NCBI GenBank assembly: GCA_902793685.1
Contig: CADBEN010000002.1
Span: forward strand, 129,904 to 193,903
Source of the DNA: an uncultured Lachnospiraceae bacterium
GTDB taxonomy: Bacteria; Bacillota; Clostridia; Lachnospirales; Lachnospiraceae
Length of the DNA: 64,000 bases
Direction: 5' to 3'
Position numbers and translations under genes: made by a program. Under the pieces are notes generated by a model. That model was not told the DNA's origin and made no database searches. It was given only the letters and a program-made list of their open reading frames with translations. This document shows positions 46,150 through 56,200 of this stretch, piece after piece; the first letter of the stretch is position 1; the number at the start of each line of letters is the position of its first letter.

Positions 46150-47253
46150 TCAGATCCGCTCCAGCATGACGTCCAGCGTTCCGCCGCAGATCATGCCCTC
46201 TTCTCCGGTTTCCCGGGCCGTGAGGTCCAGATGCAGGATCCGGAACGCTTCCGTTCCCGCAAGCATCCCGGCTGCTGCGTCCGTGATCATTGCCTCCGCG
46301 GTTCCGCCGCCCACGGTTCCCACAGTCCTTACTTCCGGTCTGCTCCCGGCGCCGTTCTCTTTACTGTCTTCTTTGCAGAGCACCAGCATCCTCGTGCCCG
46401 GCTGCCGCGGCGCGGAGCCCTGTTTGCGGACGATGGTCGCGAGCACGCCGGCTTTTCCGGCATTTTCCGGAGTCCCGGCTGCCGCGCTGTCTTCCCCGGA
46501 TCCTTTTTCTCCCTCCAGCCGGAGGATCTCCTCCAGCAAAGGTTCCGGGAAACTTCCGGTCCGTCCGCTGCGATTCTTCACTTCAATGATCTCCGCCATG
46601 ATCGAGACCGCGATCTCCTCCGGCGTCTCCGCGCCGATCTTCAGGCCGATGGGCGTATGCACTTCTTCCAGCGCCGCACGGGCCGCCCCTTCTTCCGCCA
46701 GCATCTCCTTCACCATGGCGACTCTCCCGCGGCTTCCCATCATGCCCACGTAGGCACGGGGCATCCCGAGGATCTGCCGCAGGCACTCCGCGTCATGCCG
46801 GTGGGCCCGGGTCACGATCACAAAATAGCTGTCTTCATCGCTTTCTATCTGTCCCAGTCCCGCTTCATAGTCCCCGGGAATCGTCCGGTCTGCGCCGCAG
46901 GCCTTCGCGCGGTCCGCGAAGACTTCCCGGTCCTCCAGCACTGTCACGTGGAAGCCGAGCATTTTTCCGATTTTTACCACCGGGACGGAGACGTGGCCGC
47001 CGCCGCAGACCACCAGCTTCTTTTCCCCGGACAAAAGTTCGCTGAAGATCTCTCTTCCTTCAAAACAAACGATCCCGCAGGACGGCAGATCCGCAAAGCC
47101 GCTTTCCGGGAAAAACTCCCGCCCGGAGCTCCAGACCAGACGGCCGCCGGAAACCAGGGCCTTCGCCCCGGCTCCGCTTCCGTTCAGCACGGTCAGAAGC
47201 CGTTTTTCTTCATCAGGGCCGATCTCTCTGATCCGCCGGTAAAGTTCATTCAT
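46150..47253 (-). CDS. XdhC/CoxI-family accessory protein
   Basis: Rossmann LVVCGGGHVSVPVVKIGKMLGFHVTVLEDRE flanked by XdhC_CoxI-like segments (ATIVRKQGSAPRQPGTRML...GTVGGG). Overlaps the trmD 3' end by 8 nt. Confidence 0.75.
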   Translation of the reverse strand: MNELYRRIREIGPDEEKRLLTVLNGSGAGAKALVSGGRLVWSSGREFFPESGFADLPSCGIVCFEGREIFSELLSGEKKLVVCGGGHVSVPVVKIGKMLGFHVTVLEDREVFADRAKACGADRTIPGDYEAGLGQIESDEDSYFVIVTRAHRHDAECLRQILGMPRAYVGMMGSRGRVAMVKEMLAEEGAARAALEEVHTPIGLKIGAETPEEIAVSIMAEIIEVKNRSGRTGSFPEPLLEEILRLEGEKGSGEDSAAAGTPENAGKAGVLATIVRKQGSAPRQPGTRMLVLCKEDSKENGAGSRPEVRTVGTVGGGTAEAMITDAAAGMLAGTEAFRILHLDLTARETGEEGMICGGTLDVMLERI

Positions 47254-48013
47254 TCAGCTCTTCCCCGCCTGCTTCGCCGGGCGATTCCTGTTCTTCTTCC
47301 ATCACTTCACAGAGAAGGAGCTGCTCCTCCTCATTCAGTGCGCGCTTCTTCAGTAGGTCCGGCCGGTTCCGGTACGTGGTCCGGAGCGATTCCTTCAGGC
47401 GCCACCGCCGGATCTTTTCATGATTTCCGGACAGCAGGACCTCCGGGACTCTCCGGCCCTCATATTCCGCAGGCTGGGTGTACTGCGGATATTCCAGGAG
47501 CCCGTTCTCAAAGGATTCCTCCTCCGCGCTTCCCGCCTTCAGGATGCCGGGGAGCAGCCTCAGCACCGAATCCGCGATGATCATGGCCGGCAGTTCCCCG
47601 CCGGTCAGGATGTAATCCCCGACGGAGACGACATCGTCCGCGTGCTCAAGGATCCGGGCGTCGAAGCCCTCATAATGACCGCAGATCAGGATCAGGTGGT
47701 CCAGCGATGCATATTCATGGGCCTTATCCTGGGTGTAGGGTCTCCCGGCCGGAGAAAGAACTGCTGTCCGGGTTCCGCCCGCTTCCCCGCGCACTGCCCG
47801 GAGCGCTTCCAGCACCGGTCTGCAGCGGAGCACCATGCCCCGCCCCCCGCCGAAGGGGGAGTCATCGATCTGCCGGAAGGAGCCGGGGGCAAACTGCCGG
47901 ATATCCACGACCTCCAGCTCCGCGCTCCCCTGACGGGCTGCCCGGACCACCGCGTGGGATCCGGAAAAATCCCCGAACATTTCCGGACATATCGTCAGGA
48001 TCGTAATCTTCAT
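47246..48013 (-). CDS. trmD: tRNA (guanine37-N1)-methyltransferase
   Basis: Start trimmed to MKITILTICPEMF. Motifs DDSPFGGGRGMV, CGHYEGFDARI and GDYILTGGELPAM. ATGA overlap with the flavodoxin stop. Acidic C-terminal tail. Confidence 0.9.
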   Translation of the reverse strand: MKITILTICPEMFGDFSGSHAVVRAARQGSAELEVVDIRQFAPGSFRQIDDSPFGGGRGMVLRCRPVLEALRAVRGEAGGTRTAVLSPAGRPYTQDKAHEYASLDHLILICGHYEGFDARILEHADDVVSVGDYILTGGELPAMIIADSVLRLLPGILKAGSAEEESFENGLLEYPQYTQPAEYEGRRVPEVLLSGNHEKIRRWRLKESLRTTYRNRPDLLKKRALNEEEQLLLCEVMEEEQESPGEAGGEELNE

Positions 48014-48540
48014 TCTTCCGTTGCCGCTTCCTCTGCACCCTCTTCCGCCGGATCCGCTTCCTCTGCAGCCTCTTCCGCCGGTGCCGCGCTCACTTCCGCG
48101 CGCCATGCCTTATAGTTGTCCTTCTTCCGGGGGCTGTAGAAGAACGGGTGCTCCACAGAAGCGCCGCCGCAGATAATGGTCAGGGTCTCGACCGCGCCCT
48201 CGATCCCCGTCATCCTGGACGTCGCGAATGGGATGATCCGCTTCCCGTCGAGATCGCAGTCCTTCAGGAAAGCCTGGACAAAATCCGGCACGTCCGCGGC
48301 CCAGATCGGGAATCCGACAAACACGGTATCAATCTCCGAGAGATCCGGGATCTCCGTCACATAGGTAGGAAGATCCTTCCTGAACCGGTCGCCGATCACC
48401 CTCGCGCAGGATGACAGGAAACCGCCGTACACAATGTCAGGCTCTATCTTCACAAGCTCGCAGGAAAAATCCTTTGCGATCTTTTTCGCGATGATTTCCG
48501 TATTTCCCGTCTGGGAATAATAGAGAACGATTGCCTTCAT
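48010..48540 (-). CDS. Flavodoxin with an acidic Ala/Glu-rich C-terminal tail
   Basis: MKAIVLYYSQTGNTE FMN-binding N-terminus. The tail is encoded by a 30-nt tandem duplication. Confidence 0.85.
   Translation of the reverse strand: MKAIVLYYSQTGNTEIIAKKIAKDFSCELVKIEPDIVYGGFLSSCARVIGDRFRKDLPTYVTEIPDLSEIDTVFVGFPIWAADVPDFVQAFLKDCDLDGKRIIPFATSRMTGIEGAVETLTIICGGASVEHPFFYSPRKKDNYKAWRAEVSAAPAEEAAEEADPAEEGAEEAATEE
48024..48083. repeat. 30-nt tandem duplication encoding the acidic tail of flavodoxin
   Basis: CCGCTTCCTCTGCACCCTCTTCCGCCGGAT / CCGCTTCCTCTGCAGCCTCTTCCGCCGGTG, 27 of 30 identical. Confidence 0.8.
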
Positions 48541-48568
48541 GGTAATACCTCCAGTGTGAGTGATTCTC

Positions 48569-48590
48569 TTCCCGGAACATGTTCCGGGAA
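48569..48590. promoter_or_regulatory. Perfect 22-bp palindrome (candidate operator or 5'-UTR hairpin)
   Basis: TTCCCGGAACA|TGTTCCGGGAA, located between the flavodoxin -10 element and its SD. Confidence 0.5.
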
Positions 48591-48604
48591 ATGCCTGTCA
48601 GAAC

Positions 48605-48613
48605 ATTATACCA
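48605..48613 (-). promoter_or_regulatory. Extended -10 promoter element of the flavodoxin-trmD-xdhC operon
   Basis: Minus strand: TGGTATAAT (TGnTATAAT). Confidence 0.45.
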
Positions 48614-48619
48614 CAGTTC

Positions 48620-48639
48620 TTCCGGACAAATGTCCGGAA
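48620..48639. promoter_or_regulatory. Related 9-2-9 palindrome (candidate operator)
   Basis: TTCCGGACA-AA-TGTCCGGAA, overlapping the -35 region of the flavodoxin promoter. Confidence 0.5.
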
Positions 48640-48739
48640 ACCATGATTGCAGGGCGCAAACGTAAATGCTACTATTCTTCTATCGCGGCGGGGAGCGCCC
48701 CGCTGAAGGAAACGCTCCGTACTCTCAGGAGGAATCTTT

Positions 48740-50068
48740 ATGCAGCAGAATCTCACCGGAGGGAATGTACTCCGTTCCCTGATCCGCTTCTCCGTTCCCT
48801 ATGTGATCTCCAGCTTTCTCCAGACCTTTTACGGTCTCGCGGACCTGTTCATCACAGGGCAGTTCAACGGCGCCGCAGTCATCACCGCGGTCTCCGTCGG
48901 AAGCCAGCTCATGCACATGCTGACCGTCGTCATCGTCGGCCTTGCCGTGGGCGCCACCGTCTATATCGGACGCTCCGTCGGCGCGGAACAGCCGGAGGAC
49001 ACCTCCCGCGGCATCGGGAACACCATATCGCTCTTCGCCGTCTTCGCAGCGGTCCTGACCTTTGTCCTTCTGGTCTCCGCCGGGGGGATCCTTTCACTCC
49101 TGCACACGCCGGAGCCATCCGTCCCCCAGGCCACGGCCTATGTCCGGATCTGCTTCGCAGGCATCCCCTTCATCACCGCCTACAACGTGCTCAGCAGCAT
49201 CTTCCGCGGCCTCGGCGACACGAAGACACCCATGTATTTCGTCGCCATCGCGGGAGTCATCAACATCGTCCTCGACTGGATCCTGATCGGCCCCTTCGCG
49301 ATGGGGGCGGCCGGCGCGGCCATCGCCACGGTCGCCGCCCAGGGGATCAGCGTCCTGCTGGCTTTCCTTGCCTTCCGGCGCACCTCTGCAGGTGCCCGGC
49401 TGAGTCTCTCCGATCTCCGTCCGGATCCGCGGACGATGTCGGCGCTCCTCGGTGTGGGTGTCCCGATCGCATTCCAGGAAGGTTTTATCCAGATCTCCTT
49501 CCTGGTGATCACCACCATAGGCAACATGCGCGGCGTCAATGCCGCAGCCGGGATCGGGATCGTGGAGAAATTCATCAGCTTCCTCTTCCTGGTGCCCTCG
49601 GCAATGTCCGCGGCAGTCGCCGCCATCGCGGCCCAGGATATCGGGGCCGGGCTCCACGACCAGGCGAAGAAGACTCTGCGCTATGCCATCACCATCTGCG
49701 TCGGCTTCGGCACACTGATGACGATCCTCTGCAACCTGAACCCGGAAGCGATCCTCCGGATCTTCACCCGGGAGCCGGAGGTGGTCCGCCTCGGCGCCCA
49801 GTACCTGCGTTCCTACGTGACCGACTGCATGGCTGCCGGGATCCACTTCTGCTTCAGCGGCTATTTCAGCGCCTACGGAAAGTCCTTCTACTCCTTCCTT
49901 CACAACCTGGTCTCGATCCTCCTGATCCGGATCCCGGGCGCCTGGTACGCTTCGGTCCTCTTCCCGGAGACTCTGCTTCCCATGGGCTGCGCGGCTCCGC
50001 TGGGTTCGCTTCTCTCTGCCGTCATCTGCGTCGCGGTCTACCTGGCGCGTAAGGACAAGTGGCAGTAA
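48740..50068 (+). CDS. MATE-family efflux transporter
   Basis: 442 aa, 12 TM helices, typical N-terminus LTGGNVLRSLIRFSVPYVISSFLQTFYGLADLFITG. AGGAGG SD. Confidence 0.9.
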   Translation: MQQNLTGGNVLRSLIRFSVPYVISSFLQTFYGLADLFITGQFNGAAVITAVSVGSQLMHMLTVVIVGLAVGATVYIGRSVGAEQPEDTSRGIGNTISLFAVFAAVLTFVLLVSAGGILSLLHTPEPSVPQATAYVRICFAGIPFITAYNVLSSIFRGLGDTKTPMYFVAIAGVINIVLDWILIGPFAMGAAGAAIATVAAQGISVLLAFLAFRRTSAGARLSLSDLRPDPRTMSALLGVGVPIAFQEGFIQISFLVITTIGNMRGVNAAAGIGIVEKFISFLFLVPSAMSAAVAAIAAQDIGAGLHDQAKKTLRYAITICVGFGTLMTILCNLNPEAILRIFTREPEVVRLGAQYLRSYVTDCMAAGIHFCFSGYFSAYGKSFYSFLHNLVSILLIRIPGAWYASVLFPETLLPMGCAAPLGSLLSAVICVAVYLARKDKWQ

Positions 50069-50078
50069 TCTCTCTGCC

Positions 50079-50621
50079 TCACGCTTCCCTGACCTGCATC
50101 GCCTCACCTGTACCCAGCAGGCAGTAGAGCATGCGGTACATGGTCTGCGCCTCTTCCCGGCTCAGATTGACACAGCTTCCCAGGGCGGAAGGAATGTCCT
50201 TAACCTTCTCCCTGAGTTCCCGGCCTTTGTCCGTGAGACAGATCTCGACGACCCGCTCGTCCTGATGACTCCGGCACCGTTTGATGTACCCCGCCTGCTC
50301 CATCTTTTTGAGAAGCGGCGTCAGTGTCCCGCTGTCAAGGTAAAGCATCCTGCAGAGATCCCCCACGGTCAGATCTCCTTCCTGCCACAAAGCAAGGAAT
50401 ACGATGTACTGTGTATATGTGATTCCCAGGGGCTTCAGGTAGGGGGTGTACATGTTCACGATCTTCCGCGCCGCCGCGTACAGCGGAAAGCAGAGCTGGG
50501 CGTCCAGCCGCAGGGCTGCATAGGGATCCGCCGGATCCGGGGCAGGAAGTTCTTTTGCCGCCTTCCGTTTCTTCTGATCCGCTTCCGCAGTCTGCTGCTT
50601 CATCTTTGTTTTCTCTCCCAT
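50079..50621 (-). CDS. MarR-family transcriptional regulator
   Basis: LGITYTQYIVFLALWQEGDLTVGDLCRMLYLDSGTLTPLLKKMEQAGYIKR wHTH. About 35-aa basic N-terminal extension. Confidence 0.85.
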   Translation of the reverse strand: MGEKTKMKQQTAEADQKKRKAAKELPAPDPADPYAALRLDAQLCFPLYAAARKIVNMYTPYLKPLGITYTQYIVFLALWQEGDLTVGDLCRMLYLDSGTLTPLLKKMEQAGYIKRCRSHQDERVVEICLTDKGRELREKVKDIPSALGSCVNLSREEAQTMYRMLYCLLGTGEAMQVREA

Positions 50622-50676
50622 CTGCGCTTCCTCCTGAATCCATTGTAATATTTATTAAGCCCCTCAGCTGCCTCGG

Positions 50677-50691
50677 CCGGTTTATATTTGA
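50677..50691. promoter_or_regulatory. AT-rich palindrome in the marR-traX divergent region (candidate MarR operator)
   Basis: TTTGAT-TTT-ATCAAA. Confidence 0.35.
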
Positions 50692-50834
50692 TTTTATCAA
50701 ATTCACTTGTCCGATGTAAACCATCGCCTGGTAAGTCTTGCATCCTCCGCCCGAATGTGCAAAACTGGAAAATACGGAACGCTCCGGATCCGGGGTGCCG
50801 GGCAGCTGCATTTTTAAATACTTCCGAGGACCCT

Positions 50835-51617
50835 ATGAATACCTTTGTTTCTTCCCTGCGTCATCCCGTATTCGACCGCGGTCAGATCAAACTGGCCGCA
50901 GTGGTGTTGATGACCCTGAACCACATTGCGGAGATCTTTCTCGGCAGGGGATCTCTGCTGTACAATCTGCTGACCGGGATCGGCTTTTTTACCGCGCCGG
51001 TCATGTGCTATTTTCTGGTCGAGGGTTTCCGGTATACCCGGAACAGGAAGAATTACGGACTCAGGCTTTTCGTCTTCGCCCTGCTCTCCCAGTTTCCCTT
51101 TTCCCTGGCCTTTCATGACATGATCCGGACATTTTCGATCCCGCTCTACCTGAATATGATCTGCACGCTGTTCATCTGCTTCCTGATCCTCTGCGCCATG
51201 GAGTACATGCTGCCCGGGCCGGTACAGATGGGCGCAATGATCCTTCTGGTCTGCCTCACCTCAGTGATGGACTGGGGTTATATGGCGCCGTTCATGGTCA
51301 TCCTCTTCCGCAAGGGGGAAGAGCTTCCCCGGATGCGTCCTGCCGGCTTTGCCGTCGGGATCATCATGCTCCCGCTCATACATCTGATGACGCCGTACGG
51401 AACGATCCCGGGGGCGCTCTGTTCCATGACCGGACCGCTGGCGGCCGCCGTCTGCATCCTCTTTTTCTACAGCGGTACAGATTCCGGCAGGAGTTCCCGA
51501 AACAAAAAGGAGAAGACTTCCGCCTTCTCCAGATGGTTTTTCTATTTATATTATCCCTGCCACCTGCTGGTCCTGTGGGCCGTCCATGAGTTCCTGTACC
51601 TGCCCATGGTCCGGTGA
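50835..51617 (+). CDS. TraX-family membrane protein (putative acyltransferase)
   Basis: Start trimmed to MNTFVSS. IKLAAVVLMTLNHIAEIF and multiple TM helices resemble TraX. Confidence 0.65.
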   Translation: MNTFVSSLRHPVFDRGQIKLAAVVLMTLNHIAEIFLGRGSLLYNLLTGIGFFTAPVMCYFLVEGFRYTRNRKNYGLRLFVFALLSQFPFSLAFHDMIRTFSIPLYLNMICTLFICFLILCAMEYMLPGPVQMGAMILLVCLTSVMDWGYMAPFMVILFRKGEELPRMRPAGFAVGIIMLPLIHLMTPYGTIPGALCSMTGPLAAAVCILFFYSGTDSGRSSRNKKEKTSAFSRWFFYLYYPCHLLVLWAVHEFLYLPMVR

Positions 51618-51620
51618 CAC

Positions 51621-52424
51621 TTACCCCGCCTTCCTCAAAAGCTGAAGTCCTTCCAGCATAAGGAGGATCGCCGGTTGGTGGATGATGTAGACCGCCATGG
51701 CGTGTCTCCCGAGGAAACACAGTCCCCGCAGCAATGCGGGGATCTTTTTCTGTTCCTCTCCTTCCGCTTTCCCCACGCTCCGCCCCATCACGATCCCATG
51801 GGCAAAGTACCCGCAGCAGAACAGGAAAAACCAGGGGAGCAGTGAAAAGTAGTCGGTGGAAAAGAAACCGGGAGCCGGAAAGCCGAGATACGTCATGAAC
51901 ATTCCCCGGTACAGGCCGGAGGGCAGCCGGACAAGCCGCAGTCCCTCGAAGCCGAGGTACCCGAGATTCACATCCCTCGTCAGAAAGAACAAGGCCGCGG
52001 CAGCCGCCAGTCCCGCCCGGTCAGTGATCCGTCCCTGCAGAAGCCGGTCCGCCGGGATCATGAGAAGGATGCAGGAGCCGGTCAGGGTCAGTACGCCGAA
52101 GACGATCCGGTCTTCCGGCATGAAAAGCATCGTCACGATCGTGACCAGCGCTCCTGCGCCGAAGATCAGAAGTCCCCGCTTCAAAGGCTTCCGGTCAAAG
52201 CGCCAGCTGAAGCCCGCGAGGAAAATAAAGGTCCAGCAGATGCTCTGCTGCCAGACGTAACCGGGAAGCGCGTCGTACCAGGGCGCCTTCAGCCCGCAGA
52301 GGAAGACCGCGTCCCACATGCCGTGGTACAGGACCATGCTGACCACGGTGAAGCCCCGCAGGGCGTCCAGCCAGACCAGCCGTTTTGTGCGGCGCCCGCG
52401 CGAAATGTTCCCCGTTTCGGACAT
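51621..52424 (-). CDS. DUF1624 / heparan-alpha-glucosaminide N-acetyltransferase-like membrane protein
   Basis: WLDALRGFTVVSMVLYHGMWD motif and multiple TM helices. ATG at 52424 preferred (GGGAGGAG SD) over GTG at 52448. Confidence 0.7.
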   Translation of the reverse strand: MSETGNISRGRRTKRLVWLDALRGFTVVSMVLYHGMWDAVFLCGLKAPWYDALPGYVWQQSICWTFIFLAGFSWRFDRKPLKRGLLIFGAGALVTIVTMLFMPEDRIVFGVLTLTGSCILLMIPADRLLQGRITDRAGLAAAAALFFLTRDVNLGYLGFEGLRLVRLPSGLYRGMFMTYLGFPAPGFFSTDYFSLLPWFFLFCCGYFAHGIVMGRSVGKAEGEEQKKIPALLRGLCFLGRHAMAVYIIHQPAILLMLEGLQLLRKAG

Positions 52425-52494
52425 CGTCCTCTTCTCCTCCCGTTTCACCGATTATTCCGGAACCTGCTTTCCGGATCTGTTTCCTTCGTCTGTC

Positions 52495-52983
52495 TTACCG
52501 GATGTCTTTGATCCGCTGCTCCAGTCCGTCCTGCAGCGCGGCGTAGGGTCTGATCTTCTCCAGCAGTCCCGAGGTAAGCTCCGCCAGGTCCACCAGATAC
52601 TGGTTCAGTTCCAGATTCTTCTTGTCCTTCATCACGAAGACCACAGGGATCGTGTCGAAGGGTCCCCATCCGCGATAGTAGGCTTCTCTGAAGTCCTTAT
52701 AATAATACCGCACGCTGTTACCCCAGCAGGACACCTCCAGGGCATTGTCCAGAAGACGGTACCGCATGGTATTCAGCACCGTGTTGAGGCCGACGCCGGT
52801 GAGGACAACAAAGAGGAATCCGACCAGGAGAAAGATCCAGGCGAAGGTCTTCGGATTCCACCATTCCATCTCTTCGTATAAATAGTCATAAATAAAATAA
52901 AAACCGAAGACCATTGCTGCAACGATGATCATACAGAGATTCCGGAATTTCCGGAACCGGCCTCCCAGACGGTATTCCTTCAT
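52495..52983 (-). CDS. Membrane protein, unknown function (two TM helices plus a soluble C-terminal domain)
   Basis: 162-aa ORF with two clear hydrophobic helices. No family recognised. Confidence 0.45.
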   Translation of the reverse strand: MKEYRLGGRFRKFRNLCMIIVAAMVFGFYFIYDYLYEEMEWWNPKTFAWIFLLVGFLFVVLTGVGLNTVLNTMRYRLLDNALEVSCWGNSVRYYYKDFREAYYRGWGPFDTIPVVFVMKDKKNLELNQYLVDLAELTSGLLEKIRPYAALQDGLEQRIKDIR

Positions 52984-53182
52984 GGACGGTACGCTCCTTC
53001 AGATAAAATGAAACCCGCAAATACGGATATGTAACACAATAGCATTATCGGCTCCAAAAAGCCATATAAACCTGCCCTGCCGCCCCTGTTCCCGCATAAG
53101 ATTCCGAAAATTTCCCCAATCCGGGGCCGCTTTCGGAATGCATATTTTTACAGATTTTTTAATGGTGCTGTACCTGCACATG

Positions 53183-53191
53183 TGCTATAAT
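53183..53191 (+). promoter_or_regulatory. Extended -10 promoter element of carB
   Basis: TGCTATAAT, 44 nt upstream of the carB ATG. Confidence 0.5.
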
Positions 53192-53234
53192 CGTTCGGAA
53201 GATTTTTGGAAGAAAGGCATGTAAGGAGGTCACA

Positions 53235-56200
53235 ATGCCGCAGAGAACAGATATCCACAAGGTACTGATCATCGGGTCCGGTCCTATCGTCATCGGACAG
53301 GCCTGCGAATTCGACTATTCCGGCACCCAGGCCTGCAAGGCGCTGAGGAGCCTCGGATACGAGATCGTCCTGGTCAACTCGAACCCCGCGACCATCATGA
53401 CGGACCCGGAGATGGCAGACGTCACCTATATCGAGCCGCTGAACGTCGCCCGTCTTGAGCAGATCATCGCGAAAGAGCGTCCCGACGCCCTGCTCCCGAA
53501 CCTGGGCGGACAGTCCGGACTGAACCTCGCCTCCGAGCTGTACAAGGAAGGCATCCTGGACAAGTACAACGTCAAGGTCATCGGCGTCCAGATCGACGCC
53601 ATTGAGCGCGGCGAGGACCGTATCGAGTTCAAGGAGACCATGAACAGCCTGGGCATCGAGATGGCCCGCTCCGAAGTGGCCTACAGCGTCGAGGAAGGTC
53701 TTGCCATCGCCGAGAAGCTGGGCTTCCCGGTGGTCCTCCGCCCCGCCTACACCATGGGCGGCGCCGGCGGCGGACTGGTCTACAACAAGGAAGAGTTCAA
53801 AGTGGTCATGGCCCGCGGCCTGCAGGCTTCCCTCATCCACCAGGTCCTCGTCGAGGAGTCCATCCTCGGCTGGGAGGAGCTGGAGCTGGAGGTGGTCCGC
53901 GACAAGGACAACAACATGATCACCGTCTGCTTCATCGAGAACGTCGACCCCGTCGGCGTCCACACCGGCGACTCCTTCTGCACCGCGCCGATGCTGACCA
54001 TCGACGAGGATCTTCAGGCGGAGCTGCAGCGCCAGGCCTACAGGATCGTCGAGCACATCGGCGTCATCGGCGGCACCAACGTCCAGTTCGCCCATGACCC
54101 GGTCTCCGGCCGCGTTATCGTCATCGAGATCAACCCCCGTACCTCCCGCTCCTCCGCTCTGGCGTCCAAGGCGACCGGCTTCCCGATCGCTCTGGTCTCC
54201 GCGAAGCTGGCCACGGGCCTGACCCTGAAGGAGCTGCCCTGCGGAAAGTACGGCACCCTCGACAAGTACGTCCCGGACGGCGACTACATCGTCGTCAAGT
54301 TTGCCCGCTGGGCCTTCGAAAAGTTCAAGGGCGTGGACGATAAGCTCGGCACACAGATGCGCGCGGTGGGCGAGGTCATGTCCATCGGCAAGAACTACAA
54401 GGAAGCCTTCCAGAAGGCCGTCCGCTCCCTGGAGAAGGGCCGCTACGGACTGGGCCATGTCAAGGATTTCTACGAGCTCCCGAAGGAAGAGCTGCTGAAG
54501 CTGCTCGCCAACGCCTCCTCCGAGCGCCACTTCCTCATGTATGAGGCACTGCGGAAGGGCGTGTCCGTGGACGAGCTCTTCGAGATCACGAAGGTCAAGA
54601 AGTACTTCCTCCGGCAGATGCTGGAGCTGGTCCAGGAAGAAGAAGCCCTGGTCGCCGCGGGCGATGCTGTCACCGACAAGCAGTTCATCCAGGCTAAGAA
54701 GGACGGCTTTGCAGACAAGTATCTGAGCCAGATCCTGAACATCCCCGAGGACCAGATCCGCGCACGCCGCCTTGCCCTGGGCATCGAGGAGACCTGGGAC
54801 GCGGTCCATGTCAGCGGCACCGAGGACAGCGCCTACTACTACTCCACCTACAACGCGCCGGACAACGACAAGATCAGCACGGACAAGCCGAAGGTCATGA
54901 TCCTCGGCGGCGGCCCGAACCGCATCGGCCAGGGTATTGAGTTCGACTACTGCTGCGTCCACGCGGCACAGTCCCTGAAGAAGCTGGGCTTCGAGACCAT
55001 CATCGTCAACTGCAACCCGGAGACGGTGTCCACCGACTACGACACCTCCGACAAGCTCTACTTCGAGCCCCTGACCCTGGAGGATGTCCTCTCCATCTAC
55101 AATAAGGAAAAGCCGGTGGGCGTCATCGCCCAGTTCGGCGGCCAGACCCCGCTGAACCTTGCCTCCGAGCTCCAGAAGAACGGCGTGAAGATCCTGGGCA
55201 CCTCCCCCGAGGTCATCGACCTGGCGGAGGATCGCGACCAGTTCCGCATGGTCATGGACAAGCTCGGCATCCCGATGCCGGAATCCGGCATGGCAACCAC
55301 CGTCGAAGAGGCGAAGGAGATCGCGAACCGCATCGGCTATCCGGTCATGGTCCGTCCGTCCTACGTGCTCGGCGGCCGCGGCATGGAAGTCGTCTACGAC
55401 GATGAAGCCATGACAGGCTACATGAACGCGGCGGTGGGCGTCACCCCGGACCGCCCGATCCTCATCGACCGCTTCCTGCACCACGCACTGGAGTGCGAGG
55501 CGGACGCCATCAGCGACGGAACCCACGCGTACGTCCCGGCGGTCATGGAGCACATCGAGCTCGCGGGAATCCACTCCGGCGACTCCGCATGCATCCTTCC
55601 CTCCAAGCACATCGCCCCGGAGAACCTTGAGACCATCAAGGAGTACACCAGGAAGATCGCGGAGGAGATGCACGTCGTCGGCCTCATGAACATGCAGTAC
55701 GCCATCGAGGACGGCAAGGTCTTCGTCCTGGAAGCCAACCCGCGCGCATCCCGCACGGTGCCGCTGGTCTCCAAGGTCTGCGGCATCCGCATGGTCCCGC
55801 TGGCCACCGACATTATCACCGGCGAGCTCACCGGACGTCCCTCTCCTGTCCCGGCGCTGGGCGACCGCGTGATCCCCTACTACGGCGTGAAGGAAGCAGT
55901 CTTCCCCTTCAACATGTTCCCGGAGGTCGACCCGGTCCTCGGACCGGAGATGCGTTCCACCGGCGAGGTCCTGGGCCTGGCTGAGACCACCGGCGAAGCC
56001 TTCTTCAAGGCAGAGGAAGGCGCGAAGTCGAACCTTCCGCTGAAGGGCACCGCACTGATCTCCGTCAACGAGCAGGATAAGCCGGAAGTGCCCGAGGTGG
56101 CCCAGTCCCTGTACGAGGACGGCTTCCGGATCTTCGCCACCGGCAAGACCTGGCGGATCATCAACGACGCAGGGATCCCCTGCGTGAAGGTGAAGAAGCT

